From Mizuhopecten yessoensis (taxonomy: Eukaryota): a stretch of 64,000 nt of DNA. Positions 39,605 to 54,800 of the stretch are shown one piece after another. The notes under the pieces are model-generated. The model was not told the DNA's origin and ran no database searches. It saw only the letters and a list, made by a program, of their open reading frames with translations. The position numbers were made by a program, and so were the translations under genes. The first letter of the stretch is position 1, and each line of letters begins with the position of its first letter. The stretch is taken from positions 1,524,260-1,588,259 of the forward strand of contig NW_018408551.1 in the NCBI RefSeq assembly GCF_002113885.1, written 5' to 3'.

Positions 39605-40319
39605 ATCAGGATAGGGAACTTCGTTTGATGTCGATGTGTAATAGAGTGATTCACAATCGTTCCCGGACAATTTGTTTGTATTAGAACAATTTTTAGATTT
39701 CTCGCCTTTTCTACAAAGTATCAACTATTTTTGTTCAGTTTCTCCCAGCAAGATATTATACATTTAATGCACTTCATTTCATCATATTTTATTGAGTAAA
39801 CAATAGGATTGAACAGCAGGCTAGGCCTATATAAGTTATCTCCTTAGGTTGACATGACAAAGACAAAGATTAATGAAATGGTTTGTAAGAAAATATTGAT
39901 GCAAATCATATATAATAAGTAGCATAGACATATATATATATATATAGCAGATGGTATAGGGGAGATAAATCCATGTATGTTTCAATTACATATAAATATT
40001 TGATTGATATTTTTAGCTATACAAAGCTCATATTAAAAAGTCAATCATAATTAATCAGTAATAGGAAAGCAATGCCCTAATGATATATTAAACAGAGAAA
40101 TTGCTACAATTGTTTTTTTGTTTTTTGTTTTGCAAGTCAAGAATTAGGATCAGGATAGGGAACTTCGTTTGATGTCGATGTGTAATAGAGTGATTCACAA
40201 TCGTTCCCGGACAATTTGTTTGTATTAGAACAATTTTTAGATTTCTCGCCTTTTTCTACAAAGTATCAGCTATTTTTGTTCAGTTTCTCCCAGCAAGATA
40301 TTATACATTTAATGCACTT
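39605..40319 (+). repeat. Local direct duplication, ~170 bp (39605-39774 and 40149-40319)
   Basis: Near-identical copies starting atcaggatagggaacttcg and ending ttaatgcactt. Confidence 0.95.
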
Positions 40320-40384
40320 TCTCATGTACATTGTAATAAACACTGAAGTCAGGTGCTATTTTTATGTTTTACCCATGTCATATA

Positions 40385-40700
40385 TTTTTGCGTATTAACC
40401 CATTCAATTTGACCTATCACGCCTAGGCCAAGCATGACGTCACAGACTTAGGCACTGGAGTCAAAATGGCGTCTTTTTACATTTCAATGTTGCGTGAAAA
40501 TTGCCGTTTTACACGAATAAATGCCACAAATCTTGCTTATGTGATAAAACGGATCTAACACTCGTTTTCAGTCCTATGAAATTTATGAAACCCGTCACAA
40601 AGTTTACATTTTAGCTCACCAGAGGCTCGCTCAATTGAAAAATTCTTAGACTTGTTTCATAATCATATGAAATAGAAACTCATGAAGGATCCTATATAAA
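40385..40700. mobile_element. Dispersed non-autonomous repeat (MITE-like), copy 2, inverted relative to 5030-5370
   Basis: Reverse-complement similarity to 5030-5370. Confidence 0.75.
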
Positions 40701-42630
40701 TATCACCCAACTCAAATAACGCACATTCTAATACTAAATATCCCAATGTTAGGTAATATACACTAATGGTTTGATCTCCCCCAGTGAAATAATAAGATAT
40801 ACTGATACTCTGGATCTGTCTGCATATAATCTAAGATAATTTACACGTACAATACTTAGTTGTGATGGTAAAAGGATGAACACGCATGTACATTTATTTC
40901 TCAATACCATTTCAAAGTGTTTTCGTTGTTTTGAAATCGATTTAATTTAGTCATTTAGAGAAGAGACAACTTTGTAAATAGCCAATTCTCAAAGATATTT
41001 GCTTCAATTAGATTTGAGTGTATTATGATTTGACGAGTCCTATCACTTTTCCAGCGGTAGTCTATTTTCTCATTTAATAGATGAATTCAATAAATATAGG
41101 AGGTGCGAATAATTTTCTATAGACGCCAACAGGCAAATTTCGTCCGACTGTTTCCAGACAATTATCTCGTTATTTTAATACTGTATAGCATTCTATAGAC
41201 ATTGCCAGGTTTTCGACATTTCAATAGATACAGAATTGGATGTAAAGACAGCGGCGATAGAACGATGAGTTTGATATGAATACTGTTTGGCGTGTAATCA
41301 GTGACAGGCCTTCACATAATTACGCCACTCAGGACGCGATGAGTTCTTGTAATATTTCTCATTGAAATCATATTCCACTCAAAACAATTATGTTGCGAAA
41401 TTCCACATTCTGAGAATGAATTATAGCTCTGGCAGAAATTTTATAAAGATAAAATTGGGTCGTCACATTTGATTTGAGTCTTCTTTAATTTTGACAAGAG
41501 GTCATTTAGGTGCAGCACAGTATTCAACACATTTGGCAAGGAACCATCGAACACTGTGTGGCTTATTGATGCTTTTGGATGGAAAAGCTTGTTCATTTAA
41601 TTATTTCAAGTAATACGTGACATTTGAAAATGACACTCCTGATGGTCTTGGTGTAAATTTGTGCGTGTGTGTGTTTTAAAAATTGCCATCCTGTTTTTAC
41701 AATCACCACCAACGCAATATGTAATTTATTGGTTCACGTAGTCATAGAGCAAGCCGTTACTCTGGCTTCACACTGATAAAAACCGTTTGAATTTATGAAA
41801 TAGTCCTTCCTTGTTACACTCCTATTTTTTAGTTACTGCATCACGTGTTCACTGTGAATGTGGTAAAACCAATGCCATGAATCATGAAATTATCTAGGAC
41901 CATTTCGTAATGAAAATCGGACAACCGAGGTTTTATCTCACAACCAGATAAAGGCACCACAGGACACTTTATAGTACTATATATTAACTAGATATTACTT
42001 TAAACGTATAGAGAAAATCAATGGAACAGATATTCATGGTATTAATTCATTCTTATAGTGTAACATATATTCTGTACCTCCTGGTACTATAACAATATGA
42101 TTGTATGTGTACCTTGATTTTAATAGGAACACCTTTTAAATTATATTTTAAATGTGACAGTATTGCTGTATATCTGGGAAAAATAGGTTCATGTAGTCTA
42201 CTGTTCTTGCTTAGTAACAGTTAGTATGAAATGCATGTATATACCACTTATCTTGACAGCTTGAACTGATTTTAAACACTCGTCACATAAAAAACAACAG
42301 TTTAAAAAGAGAAGTGAATAATATTGTATGTTCACGGGTGAACAGTTTGAAACGTATTAAAACCATGCGTAAAATACCAATTTTATTTATCATTAGAAAA
42401 ACAATCATATTATATTTATAACGTTTTCCCTTATAAAGACGTTGGTTTCGGTGACCAGATCCATTCAAGGGAAACTGTATTGTATCACAGTTGATAATGC
42501 CAAGTCTTTTTATACACTAGTGCTGTTTCTACTTTCTGGATGGAGTGGGCAAAACAAGAACGTGTATGTAACTTTAGACAATATCAGGAATATCCCAATA
42601 AAAAATAAGAAATGGAATATATATTGTGGT

Positions 42631-42978
42631 GGCACGGTAGTCTAGTGGTAGGACGCCGGGCTCGTAGCCGTCAGGTTGCTGGTTTGACTCACGTCACGGA
42701 ACTGTGTTGATCTTTGAGCAAAATACTTAACTCCGCTTGTTCCAGTCTACTCCGCTGTAAATGAGTACGTAGTTGGGTAGAGTTAGACTTGTAGAATGAT
42801 AGATGTTAGCGCCGAAATGGCAGCACCGGCTGTATGCTCCCCAGGGAGTTGAAAAAGATATTGGCTGGTTGCAAAAGCCCTATATCCACGGATACTAATT
42901 TGTGTACCAACGTGAGACGACCTTCGAACTAGGTTGTATTAAAGCTGTATATAAGAACCTCGTTTAAAAAAAAAAAAA
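42631..42978 (+). mobile_element. tRNA-derived SINE with CORE-like central domain, copy 1
   Basis: A box tagtctagtgg, B box-like ggtttgactc, CORE-like tgtgttgatctttgagcaaaatacttaactc...ctgtaaatgagtac, A-tail. Colinear with 46125-46478. Confidence 0.85.
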
Positions 42979-45900
42979 TGCTATTATACATATATTCAGA
43001 TAAACACAAATATCACAAACACACGATCAGAAGTCATTCACAAAGTATTGTTTATATATAATAGCATCACTACATTTGTACTAAAGTACCAAGACAAATG
43101 ACAAACGTCCGGACTAAGTTGGTAAAAGTGTTACTGTCTTTTCCTAGACACACACTATGTATGTCACTGATGGTAAAATACTCGTTCAACGTATCCTAGA
43201 TCGTTTGCGGACGGTGTAAATATGTTAATCCTTCTTTTTGACAGAGGATATTATGTCATGTAGAAATATGTATGTCATAAAGTGCTAAGGTGCCACATGC
43301 ATGTGTTATTCGTGGTGAAGATATCCTTTGCGGTGCTCTACGTCGCGTCTTAGTTCTGTGTTTTGTATATCTCAATATATTATTTTGTTTCAATGTCATC
43401 TTGGATCTTGTCTTTGTTTTCAGTTTTGTATTTCTTCAGTTTATGCATATATACATTTTTTCTATGACTTCTGGACTTTCTTTCGTTCCTGTTTCCTCGG
43501 ATTTTTTTTTTATCTTTTATTATGATAGTTCCTCGTTTTCTTTCTGTTGTAAGTATATCAGGATCCTGTCAGTTGAATTTACGTTAAATTTACAATTTCA
43601 TCGGAAAATTTGTAATTTTAAGGACTCGTCGGTTTCTTTCTGCTGTGGTATATCCTAGGTTACTGTCATTGTGTTCTGACCTTTTGAACTCTATCTCGTG
43701 TTCCTGTCCTTGCCTTCTATACTTTGATCACTTTCTGTCTTTTTGAAACGTCTGTTACTGGTGTTTTGTTCTGTTTTGAAGTAAACTTGCTTCTTTCGTT
43801 GTGTTTTGTTTGCTGTCTCCTCGATACTTTTTCCCATTAAGGACTCCTCTACTCCGTTTGTTTTATTTGATGTAGTTTCCTATTCGGAGAAATTTGTGTT
43901 TTTTTTTCTATTGGGATGATATTTAACATGTTAACGGTATCTTTCCGTTTTGATGTATCCTTATTTCTTGTCTTGTATTCTGACATTACCCAAGTTTTGT
44001 TTTGCTGTGATATATCCTTTGTTACAGTAGTTTTGTTTTGCTGTGATATATCCTTTGTTACAGTAGTTTTTTTCTGTTTGATGCATCTATTGATCCTCTC
44101 ACTTATGCATCCGTTTTGTTTAATATTTCATTGTCATTTTGTTAATGTTTACGCCGTTCTATCATCGTCTTATGAGGACTTTCCCTAGCGTGTCCTTCCA
44201 TTGGATCTTTGGCATTATACCATGTTCAGTTTGGGTTTGTCCTTGTTTGTAATTTTAAGAAATCAGTTAAATAGATTGCAGGCAAAGACGAACAAATTGC
44301 GGTCACAGTATATATTTCCTTCTAAATATATATCTTCATACTTTAACTCAATATTTCAATGATATGATGTTCAACCTGTACGGCCCTGTAAAACCGCTTC
44401 GTGTTTAATTGAATTCATAAACACAAATCGATCGATCTGTACATGCTCGTATGAGTGATGATGCCTTTCAACTTTAATCAATTTGTGGTACGATACGAGG
44501 ACATTGTAACATCAAAAACGATAGAAAGTATGTAGATGTTGCAATCAACAGACGGTATGGAACACGATATATAACAGAGGAAAATAATGTTTATAAGTCG
44601 CTATAAAATTCTTTGAAGTTAAAACTTTAAACAATTTACGCTCGTTAATTAAGATAACTAATACCAGGTTGCTAGTGCATTAAGGGACATTTATGCTCTG
44701 TTTGTCACGGTGATCAAGCTCTTAAAATCATCCCCGGCGCTTTTGCTGGGAACAGAAACATGTTAAATAGTCTACTGGGGACATACATTAGGTTGCTTCA
44801 CAAAGGATGCACTACCATAAACATATGACACTATGTGTATTGTATATGTTATTTTGTTTCTGGTGAAATATTACATAATCTAGAATCTTCTCAGCCAGGT
44901 ATTATGCTTAAGTTCTTTTTTATACGTGTCTATGTCAGTGTCTACGCATGCCATATAAAAACACAACTATTGGTAAGGATTAGTACAGAAGGCTTTCACA
45001 GTTTTAAATATTATGCGAATCCCTATTAATTGCTGATCCACATTACCTTGTCAAAAATTAAAAGCATACTAATATAAATCTTTGTTAATGTTGAGCAAAA
45101 ATTAATTTAAAGCATGTTTCACAAGCATCGATCGCGGTTTTATTATACTTTATCCTCGTTTTACCTCGTGAAACATTGATTGCGTATTAAAATTAAGTGC
45201 AGTTTTTAATTCGATTCCGTGTCACATTGCTTCAGAACTCCAAATCATAATCTGGCTGAAATACAATACTACCACTATAATCGTGACTGGAATACGATCA
45301 AACAGTCACAGTCCGCCATTTATATAACATCTGGAATCTAACAGTCACAGTCCCCCGTGTATATAACCACTAGAATACATTTTAGCAGTTATGGTCCTCC
45401 GCTGATATCGTCACTAGAATACCATACACTGTTTATAGTGTACAGTGTATATTGTCACAGGAGAATAGGGCGATTATGATGGAATGCCGTCAAAATCGTA
45501 ATTTGAAAACCAGCAAGCAGTTATAGTCTGTAGTAAAAATCTTTCTTGATACAACATGGTGTTATATGGTATGCCTTTTAATAGAAACTGGATAGCAATA
45601 CAGTGGTTATATTTTGCAATCATATGCAGCTTGTACTATAATACAAGTACAATACTGCGGATATGGATTACCATCGATTACGTGACTGGCATAGCATGTA
45701 GTGGTTGAAGTATCTTGTACAAGTTGTGACTCAAATACACAATAGTTATTATATAACAAACTTTTCAATCGTAATTTGCATGAGTAGTTATGACCAATTC
45801 GGATTTCCAGTTGTTTGGCACCAAGTTCAGCGGACCGTCGATGAGTACTAGAAGGACAATATAGCTGTATGATGCAGTGTCATTCATTTTGACATACTGA

Positions 45901-46124
45901 TATATTACTCAATTGTGAAGGTGCGATCGCCTGTGTGTTTTACATGTACAGTCATCTCTCTGATCATATTGTCACTATAATGTGTATGAGCTATGGTAGT
46001 GGTAAGGGTCGAAATGTCAAAACGTTTGATGTAAAACTTTTTCTGAGAAGAGAATGATTCAAGATTAATCCACATTCCATTTATACCTATTCTTGCTAAT
46101 TAAAATTTGACAACAATTTTTCGA

Positions 46125-46478
46125 GACACGGTAGTCTAGTGGTAGAACGCCGGGCTCGTGACCGATGGGTTGCAGGTTCGAGTCACGGTACGGTACTGTA
46201 CATGTGTTGCATCTTTGATGCTTAACTCCGCTTGTTCCAGTCTACTCAGCTGCAATTGAGTACGTGACAAGGAAGTGCTGGAATTCTTGAATGCTAGCTG
46301 TGAGCGACGAAATTGCAGCACCGGCTGTATGCTCCCAAGTGAGTTGAATAAGATGTTGGCTGGTTGCAGAGGCCCTATAACCACGGATAATAATTTGTGA
46401 ACCGCTTTGAGACGACCAACGAACTAGGTTGCGATAGCGTGGTATATAAGAACCTCTACTTATTTTTATCATTATTAT
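46125..46478 (+). mobile_element. tRNA-derived SINE, copy 2 of the same family
   Basis: acggtagtctagtggtag...ggttcgagtc...gcagcaccggctgtatgctccc...gaactaggttg...tataagaacctc, then a (tta)-type tail. Confidence 0.85.
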
Positions 46479-48488
46479 CCGTCAAGACAACGTGTCAGTT
46501 TTGATGTACTATGAAATGTTTAAGTCGTATTCTTATTTTAGAACATTTACCTTATTCGCTCTGACAAAACAAAATTTCATACTAGACTGACTGAAAAAAA
46601 AAGGATTCGCTCGCTTGTTTTTATTACTTTTCGTTTGCTTTATGGTTGTAAACTATTATACTAGGGATGAACTGTGAAAATTAATTGAATTTCTCGTTGA
46701 CAGAATCGTTGTTGAGTTCGATACACACGTTTTCCCCTAGTAGTCTGTAGCTATTTCCTTATTGAACAATATGTGTTCCCTCTTTACCCTCGTATCCTGG
46801 ATAAATTTTCTTATTATGGAAACTTTATCAAGACGCGCAACAAAAAAGGCATCAAACGTTCTTCAGCTTTATTTTTAGATACATCAACAATGAACTGTTT
46901 TATGTAAAAAAATAAATTCAATAACCACGTCGATTGCATATACTCTCTCTTATTTTGAATAAGGGTTACTACAAACTCTACTGTATCAGCCGTGGTCCTC
47001 GATCTTACTTACAAGATCGTCAGAAGGGGTGGCTTACCTTGCTCCACGATAAGCGTGTGGAGTTTGGTTTTACTACCGTGAACTAAGTAACATCTCCCCT
47101 TACAACATCACGTTTCCAACTATACAGTCTGGTGAATTGAATAATAGGAGCAAGATTCAAGATAATCAGGACTTTGAGTTAGTTGTATGGTTGCCATCTA
47201 TTTCCTTGTTTGACATAACAGTACGTGTTCGGATATAATTAGTGCTTTGTAGTGCTACATATACCTTAGAGCATAATCCGACACTGATATATTTGACTTT
47301 GATTTTGCATTAGTTAGTCTGTCCCAGACGCCATTTAATTTGATATATTTGTCTATTGATCTATTATATTATTTGGTGTTATTTCATGTTTGTCTGCGAT
47401 TTAACAGGTTAACGTATGTTTTTAAATGAGATATTATCAGAACATATTCATGTTAATCCGTTTAATAATGCATTTAGAAAATATTGAAATTACATATACA
47501 GTATGTCTGGCTTGAAATTAAGTGTCCAAATAAGATATATTAATAGTTTTGATAGCATTAGTGTTCCGTTCAATGCAAGACGTAATATAGTGAACTACAA
47601 GTCCACGTATCCTCTTTCGCCCCTCAAAATATTACCTCATCGTCAAGTGATTGGTTTATCCCTTAAGCTAGAAGCTGTGTCGTCTAATAATTTCAGAGAA
47701 ATTAGAAAAAAGGATCTAACGTAGCATCCCCTCGAGGAAGGCAGAAATTGGATAAACATTACTGCATATTTCTTTTTATGAAAATGGGATAAGTTCATAG
47801 TTTTAAAGCCCATTAGTCATAGCGCTTTTTATAATTCACTTTATAGTCTGTTATACATAAAGACCAGGAAACGAGTCGACGTTTTCAGACTGCACGCCTA
47901 AAATAACAAGAAAAGAGAAACCTGTTATTTGAGTAAATCGGACACCTGCCCTCCTCAGGTATTTTGTAGTCTGTGTGTCTGTAATTATGGCCGACAGTCC
48001 ATATGTTCTACTTCCTCTGTTCTATGGGGACGCTTTTTATGGAAATTCTGGAAACTTTGCGAGGAATGTATTTTCCTCGATTGGTTAGTCCGACAGGTCG
48101 AGCTTCTGAATAACCAAGAGTTGTTGATAACTATAAAACTATAGCAGCTATATCCCAGTTGATATTTCTGAAAGCGGTCAACTGCATTTATCTTATATTT
48201 AAACAATACCAATAGCATAAGTTTATTTGCACACATTTCATATTTATTGCATATGCAGTTTCATATTTCTTGCCTGGTTATATATTATAAACAATAGTAT
48301 TTACTTCTTTGCGAGTAAAAAGGCATATTGCACAAAACTAGCACAAAAAGATATCAATACTTCTGACTAGCTGAGTATGTAGTACGTGAAAACTCATATA
48401 ACTACATTTCAATCAGCAAATATTACATACAACAATACATACATTTGTAAATGATGTGTATTGATTAGGTTGTCTTACAAGCGTCAGC

Positions 48489-48599
48489 TGTAGGGAATTA
48501 CCGTTTAGCTCAGTTGTAGAGCATCGGGCTGGAGAGCCAAGGGTCGCGGGTTCGATCTCCAGCAACGGTACTATCTTTATCACTATTCCTCGTCCAACA
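48489..48599 (+). mobile_element. tRNA-like sequence in a short TG...CA bounded segment (possible solo LTR, or tRNA pseudogene)
   Basis: 48499-48570 has a paired acceptor stem (taccgtt/aacggta), D arm gctc/gagc and B box ggttcgatc, but a non-canonical anticodon arm. Shares ccaa.ggtc.cgggttcgatc.c.agc with the 32023-32095 sequence. Confidence 0.55.
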
Positions 48600-48775
48600 G
48601 CAAAGTTATCGGTAATATATGTTACATGTAAAGTTATCGCACTAAATTACTGGTTGATAGAAATAAGAAATGAACTTCTGTTTATTACAAGTTTTATAAC
48701 TTAACCCAATCATAAACAATGGGAGTGCTTTAGGACGTCAAGATCCAGTAACACTATGACATCGAACTTCTGTGA

Positions 48776-48808
<33 letters not shown>

Positions 48809-48853
48809 TATCATCATCATCATCATCATCATATCATCATCATCATCATCATC
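48776..48853. repeat. (CAT)n microsatellite
   Basis: Direct observation. Confidence 0.97.
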
Positions 48854-51800
48854 CAAGGCTATGCAGAATACGAATGTTGAAAGCTTTCATATATATTAGT
48901 GTATGCATCGGTTTTAATTCTGTTCACACTGAATATACAGAGTGAGCTTAATATTAGGTAAATGTTTGCAATTTGATTTAAAATACATTTTCCTATAAAA
49001 TCACTGGCCTACAAAGTAACATCATACCAAGCCTATGTTCAATTATAAATGGAGATTGTTATCACCAAATATTAATCACTCAATGTATCGTATCACTTCA
49101 GTGCATTATCGTATTACTTATCATTTAACAAATGCTACTTCTTTAGATGAATTGATGGAATCCCAACAGAATTTGTTCCAGTTTAATAGAACGACGTGAC
49201 ACCAGAACAGTAACATAAAAGTATTACTCCCTCATTATATGAGATTTTATTAGCACTATGGATTTGGATTCATTTCAATATGATGACATAGAATGCCAAC
49301 CAATAACTATTTCGGGTCCAATAAGAGGTCATGAACTCTTTTAATCTTAAATCAACATTGCTATTAATTGGGATTAGCTGTGTTACGATATTAAAGCTGA
49401 ACGCACCGATCCCTATATCAACTCCCCCTTAAATAAATGTCAGAGGTACCAGCACATAAATGTCAAGAGATTTTCAACGCAGCCATTGAACTCGTTGTGT
49501 TTCATGTATCGTAAATCATTACGAAGTCGACAATCACGGCAGTCAGTACTAATGACAGAATGCACGGAAAGTCTAAGCTTTATAACCATCAATACTCAAA
49601 TATGACTAATTCGATGGAAATGACTGCCGTTTGCATACCGTTGATATTCATTATATCTTCAATAAAGCGTAAAAGTTGAAACCATAGTAAGGTAAGTTGT
49701 TCGTACATTATCAAAACACAAAGATAATTTCTGATGACAGACCTGCTAAAATGCAATTACTATCACGTGTTCTTGCTATGAAATAATAAAAGATAAAAAG
49801 AAGTTAAAATAGAAGACATGGCGATATGTGACGCGATCGCATTGTGTTTCGATAGATCATATAGCTTCTTGAATGATTGCGATATGTTAAAGGACCATTT
49901 TATCACTGTGTAAGGGTAGAAGACTTACCCACATGCAGGGCGATCAGGATTTATACTTATTAGTTTGTAAATGTATAATACAGTCGAGTTTACTAAAAAC
50001 ATCCTTCCTGAACGTCAATCAAATGAATCATTGTAGCCAGCTGGTAGGTTTAACCTGGATTTACGTCATTAACTATATGCAAGTGTTAAATGTTATCATT
50101 ACGATAATAAAATTCAGTGGTTATACTGATAAAAAACATGTTTTTATATTTCCTAAAGTAATACTTAACCCGCATTCAGCGGGAACCCGTCAAAATGACA
50201 AAAATCTGTATTATTTTATCAGGACCAAATTGACTGACGAATTAAAATATTATTGTTTTCACAATATACGGAAGTTGATAACGAGAAGAAAATGAAGGAT
50301 AACAAATTCAACAAAAGTTGCATTTACTACCGAGTTATGGCCTTGTATGACATCGGGAAACCATGTTACAAATATTACCATACTCAACTAACCTTCATAG
50401 CAAAATCTACATGTAGCTACTAGTTCATATGACGTTGATATACATCTTTAATCAAAGACCATTGATAGTACGACCAAACATTTGATTTTCAATTAAATAA
50501 TTTGTTTATAACGGAATTCGATCCAACTTCAATGAAATCAAACGTTTATGTACTTGCATTTTGACAAAACTATGCTGTGCCTTTAAACTAATTAGCATCA
50601 CTATTCATTTATATAAGTCGAGAGACTGCTAATAGCCCCATAGTTTTGATTCTGTTGTTCAAACACTGTTTACCGTAACAATATGAAAATTGATATTGAA
50701 TAGATATATCTTAAAAATCCCTATACATGAGAAAGGGACCACAAATTCATCCAAATCAATGTTTTTGTTGAAATTTAAAATGTAGCTGTTCGAAAACTTC
50801 CCTTATGCATTACTATATATACTACATGTATAACAAAAAAAAAACATTTATGTAAATTATGGTTGTCATGATATCGAATTCAGATTTGCATATATAACTC
50901 AGGACAAAAATAGTCATTTTGTTACAGGATTTTGCTTAGTTTTCCCCAAGGAAAACTATAGATCACACAAGCAAACAAGAATAGAAGTCCATGCATGCGA
51001 AAAGAACAATTCTTGCTCGATAAATAAGGAACAAAGAAAACTTTGTTTAACGTTTCCCTGTTTTTGATATGATTTAGTTCCATGTTGATCATGGCTTTGT
51101 TAATCTCCAGCAGACTGTCAGCATCGCCAAGATAACAAACTGGTGGATTTGGTTTTATTCTCAAGGAAGGGTGATTTGTTTAAGAGCTTATCAGAACTGG
51201 TAGCAAAATCATGCAAATACTTTTTAATATTTAAGAAATGTCGATGATATAATGTCTTGAAAAACTGTAACAAGATATTTATTGACCACTGCTATAGTAG
51301 GTACACTCCTGCATTAAAAACCAGGAGAACCACAGACTCTCCTACATCAGTCATTTACTTTAAATTATACTAATCGACACTGGCACCTTGCTAATAAGCT
51401 GTACGAACCGGGTTACGATTTCAATAATTCCCTGATTGTGTACATTCTTAAAATAACACCAATGTTTTCTTTAAATTATTTCACATTCAATGGATTGCAC
51501 TCAACTTCAAGCATTTTTGGAATAGATGTCGACAACTGACAGAAACCTAAGATATCAAGGTGTTGAGAAGTTCGAGTGAACTATTTGAAACTTTTATTGT
51601 TTGATGATCGTATTGGTAGTTATTCTATTACGTTGTGATTCCACTAGCCCGTTCTCACAGTGAGGACGTGCCATTGCCTGAATTTGACCTAGATTTACAC
51701 AATTTACATTTATGATAATGGCAACTTTTTACATTCGATAAGCAACATTTGTTTTTTTAGGCAGAGAGACGTATATATAGATTTTTAATGGAGTTTGTCA

Positions 51801-54800
51801 ACATTTGCAATCAGGCGCCTGGCTCAAATTTGGTACAATAAAGGACATTATTGAAAACTACAAGCATTGTAGTGCTATCTATATGAGATAGTGTCCTTCC
51901 TGTTAGCAAGGAGAGCAGACAGAATAACACATCACAGATGGATTAAGTTATAACATGACCATTATCCGGATATCATAATTTCACTGTACTTGGGAAATTA
52001 TGCAGATTTGCCATCTACTTAGACGTTGTTGCAGAAATATTATTGATCCAAAGACATCACAGAACATTTGTATTTGAAAAAGCAGGCATTCGGGACGAAA
52101 AAAAATGCAAAATCGATCATGAACTATTTAAAACCTATGTTCGCACACAAAAATCTAAAAACGGAATTTGATTGACAGCTGTGAAAATAGAAATTCAGAA
52201 GAAATGAACACATAACGGGCAATTACGCTGCCATTTGCTTCACTAGTAACTCGTGAAACAGGATCCGTCAACTTCTCCAATTTGGCGGAAAGAAACTGAT
52301 ATTCTGGGTGTCACCCTTGATCAGTTACTGCATAGCGTAGGCTTGGAGATGATGCTTGAAAACTGTAAGAGATTGAAAAGACCTCCGCAAGACATGGGAG
52401 ATCATATTGAACACTGGCACGGGCAGGAAATTGTTTTGGGCGTAGTCCTTTAGGTATAGACGACATGTGGCGTTGGCAAAAGAAGATATTTTTTAATCTA
52501 TGTGAACCCTATTTGACCATAGCACCGAACCTTGAAAAAAGTGGACGACAATGTAAGGTCTTAACCAGAAATGATACTTTGTTGATATGTCAAGTGGATA
52601 GAGACACGTTATAGGGTATGATCTTATCAAAATGATGCATAATATATCATATAAATCAGTTTTACACGATAACGCTTGGTAAAGTATATGCTTGTTAGAC
52701 CTAAACAAGATAACTGTTACTTTGTTGACCTGGCCTTGAAAAAAGTAGCAGCTCATGTTTGACAATTTGCGTAGGGAGAAACTGTTTTGATTTGCGAAGG
52801 GATGTACATTTTGGTCTACAACAGGTAGTTGACAATATCTTTCGACTGGCGTGGAGTGTCAGACTAAGTCAGTTGTGTTAGCGAAATGATACTATGTTAT
52901 GTACATCTATTAATTTTGCGCCATTATTGACTTGCGAGGTATGGCGAAGGGAGAGAAATGATACTCTACTCAGAGACAAGGCAATGACATATGAAGGCGC
53001 CCTAAATGTGGTGGAGTGAGCTAGCTATTCACGTATGCGTAATAGATGAAAATCTTTGAGATTTACTGAAGCTTGATCCAAGGTTGCTTTAATGATAGTT
53101 TCTGACAGAGAAACATGGCAATATGTAAGGATGCAATATAGTGTATACCCGAGGTTATATGCGGGAATAATTCACTACCGAACGAGACTATATGCTAAAG
53201 GTTGAGTTTTTTTCTGTTACAAAATATTTAACTCTTGTTCTGTCACAAATGGATATTTTAAACTGTTTCAAATTACTCACGAAGCCATCTGTTAATGATG
53301 CAACCATTTATCTGGTGAAAATGTGATGTTGATGTATTTATAATTCGATGAGAGATTTGACCTTGAAATAACTGTTATGACATGCACAGCTTTAATAAGC
53401 GTGACAGGAAACGAAGTTACTTTCCGTGTATGCTGTTCGTACAGCTGCTATTTGTTTGTAAAAGTACACTTTTTGTTAATAAAGAACATTGAAAGTGTCA
53501 TTAAAATTACCAAGTCAATATATTAATATGAAAATTGATCGTTTTGACATCAATGTAGCTGTAATTGTTCTCAGATGTGTACATTACCGGGGTCATTAGG
53601 TGTGTCTGAATGTACAATGTACGTGTGATTCAATCAACGAACTGATAACCTTCGACGCCAAACTAATTTGAATCTCCAAAAACAAACACTATTCTCAAGT
53701 GCTCGACAAACATTTTACGTCGTCGATCAGAAAGCATAGTTTTGTTTCTTCACCAATCGACGTGTAGTCGAACCTAGGATTCCACGTAGTTGTAGGCTCA
53801 GTCAATACAGTGCTTCGAGGAAACGTTGTCATTTGTACCATCATGGAACTCTCTCTCTCTCTCTCTTTTTTTACTCTCTCTTTGTAGGGAAAATTAAGTT
53901 GGCAATAACATCAATTACAATTTGAAACATAAGTCAAAGCGTCAAGATACGTGAACCTTATATACAAGAGCATCAAGATAGCAAGAAAACATCCGATCGA
54001 TACGAAGAGCAACAGATTGAATGGAAACTGTAAACCCTCCAAATAACAATACTAATAAAATAACAGTAAACAATACCATACAATCAACAGTATTAAGCGT
54101 GTCACGTGCCATACGTGGTACCTGTCAGGCTGTGTGCTGTTGGTTCCAGGACAGTATATCGGGAACCAAAGGACTGTGAATATGACAAAGCGATCCAATA
54201 GCTTATACATTTAGGAACACTATTGCAACGTCGTCTTCTTTAAGGTTTGTTTAGGAAAATCACAAAGTATTGATCAACAATTTTGGTTTACTCTGCCAAA
54301 ATAAACTCGTAATCACTACATTGTTACCATTAAAAGTCAACGTGAATATGAAAACTTATTGAAATTATTTAAAAGAATCATTTTAAACTGAAATTGGTAA
54401 AAAATATTTAGAAGAATTGTAAAGTGCAAACATCACCACGACAAACGATCACTGAAAATTGCTGGATTATAGCCGGCCACACCTAGACGCCATAAAGACT
54501 ACCTAATTTGTGAGCGAGCAGCAACCTTTTGCTGATAGGGGTGTAATCTTCACAGTTATAGAATCGTCATGTGATGAACCACAGCAAAGGCTTCTCAACA
54601 AATTACTCGACTATTGTTTGCTATCTGAGATATTCGGTGTGTACCGTTCTCTTGGATCGCTGGTATCATATACACTTTTCTAAACTTGACGAAGGGAAAT
54701 AATAGCAGAAGCAACATGAAATGTAGCAAATACCAACTTTTTACCCCCCTTTTAAAAAGTCTTTTGTTAGAATCATTTGTTTTTTTAGTTTTATTGGGTT

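Noticed and set aside
43290-44188. Hydrophobic F/V/L-rich ORFs as membrane proteins
   Set aside because: Result of T-rich low-complexity sequence; no family motifs.
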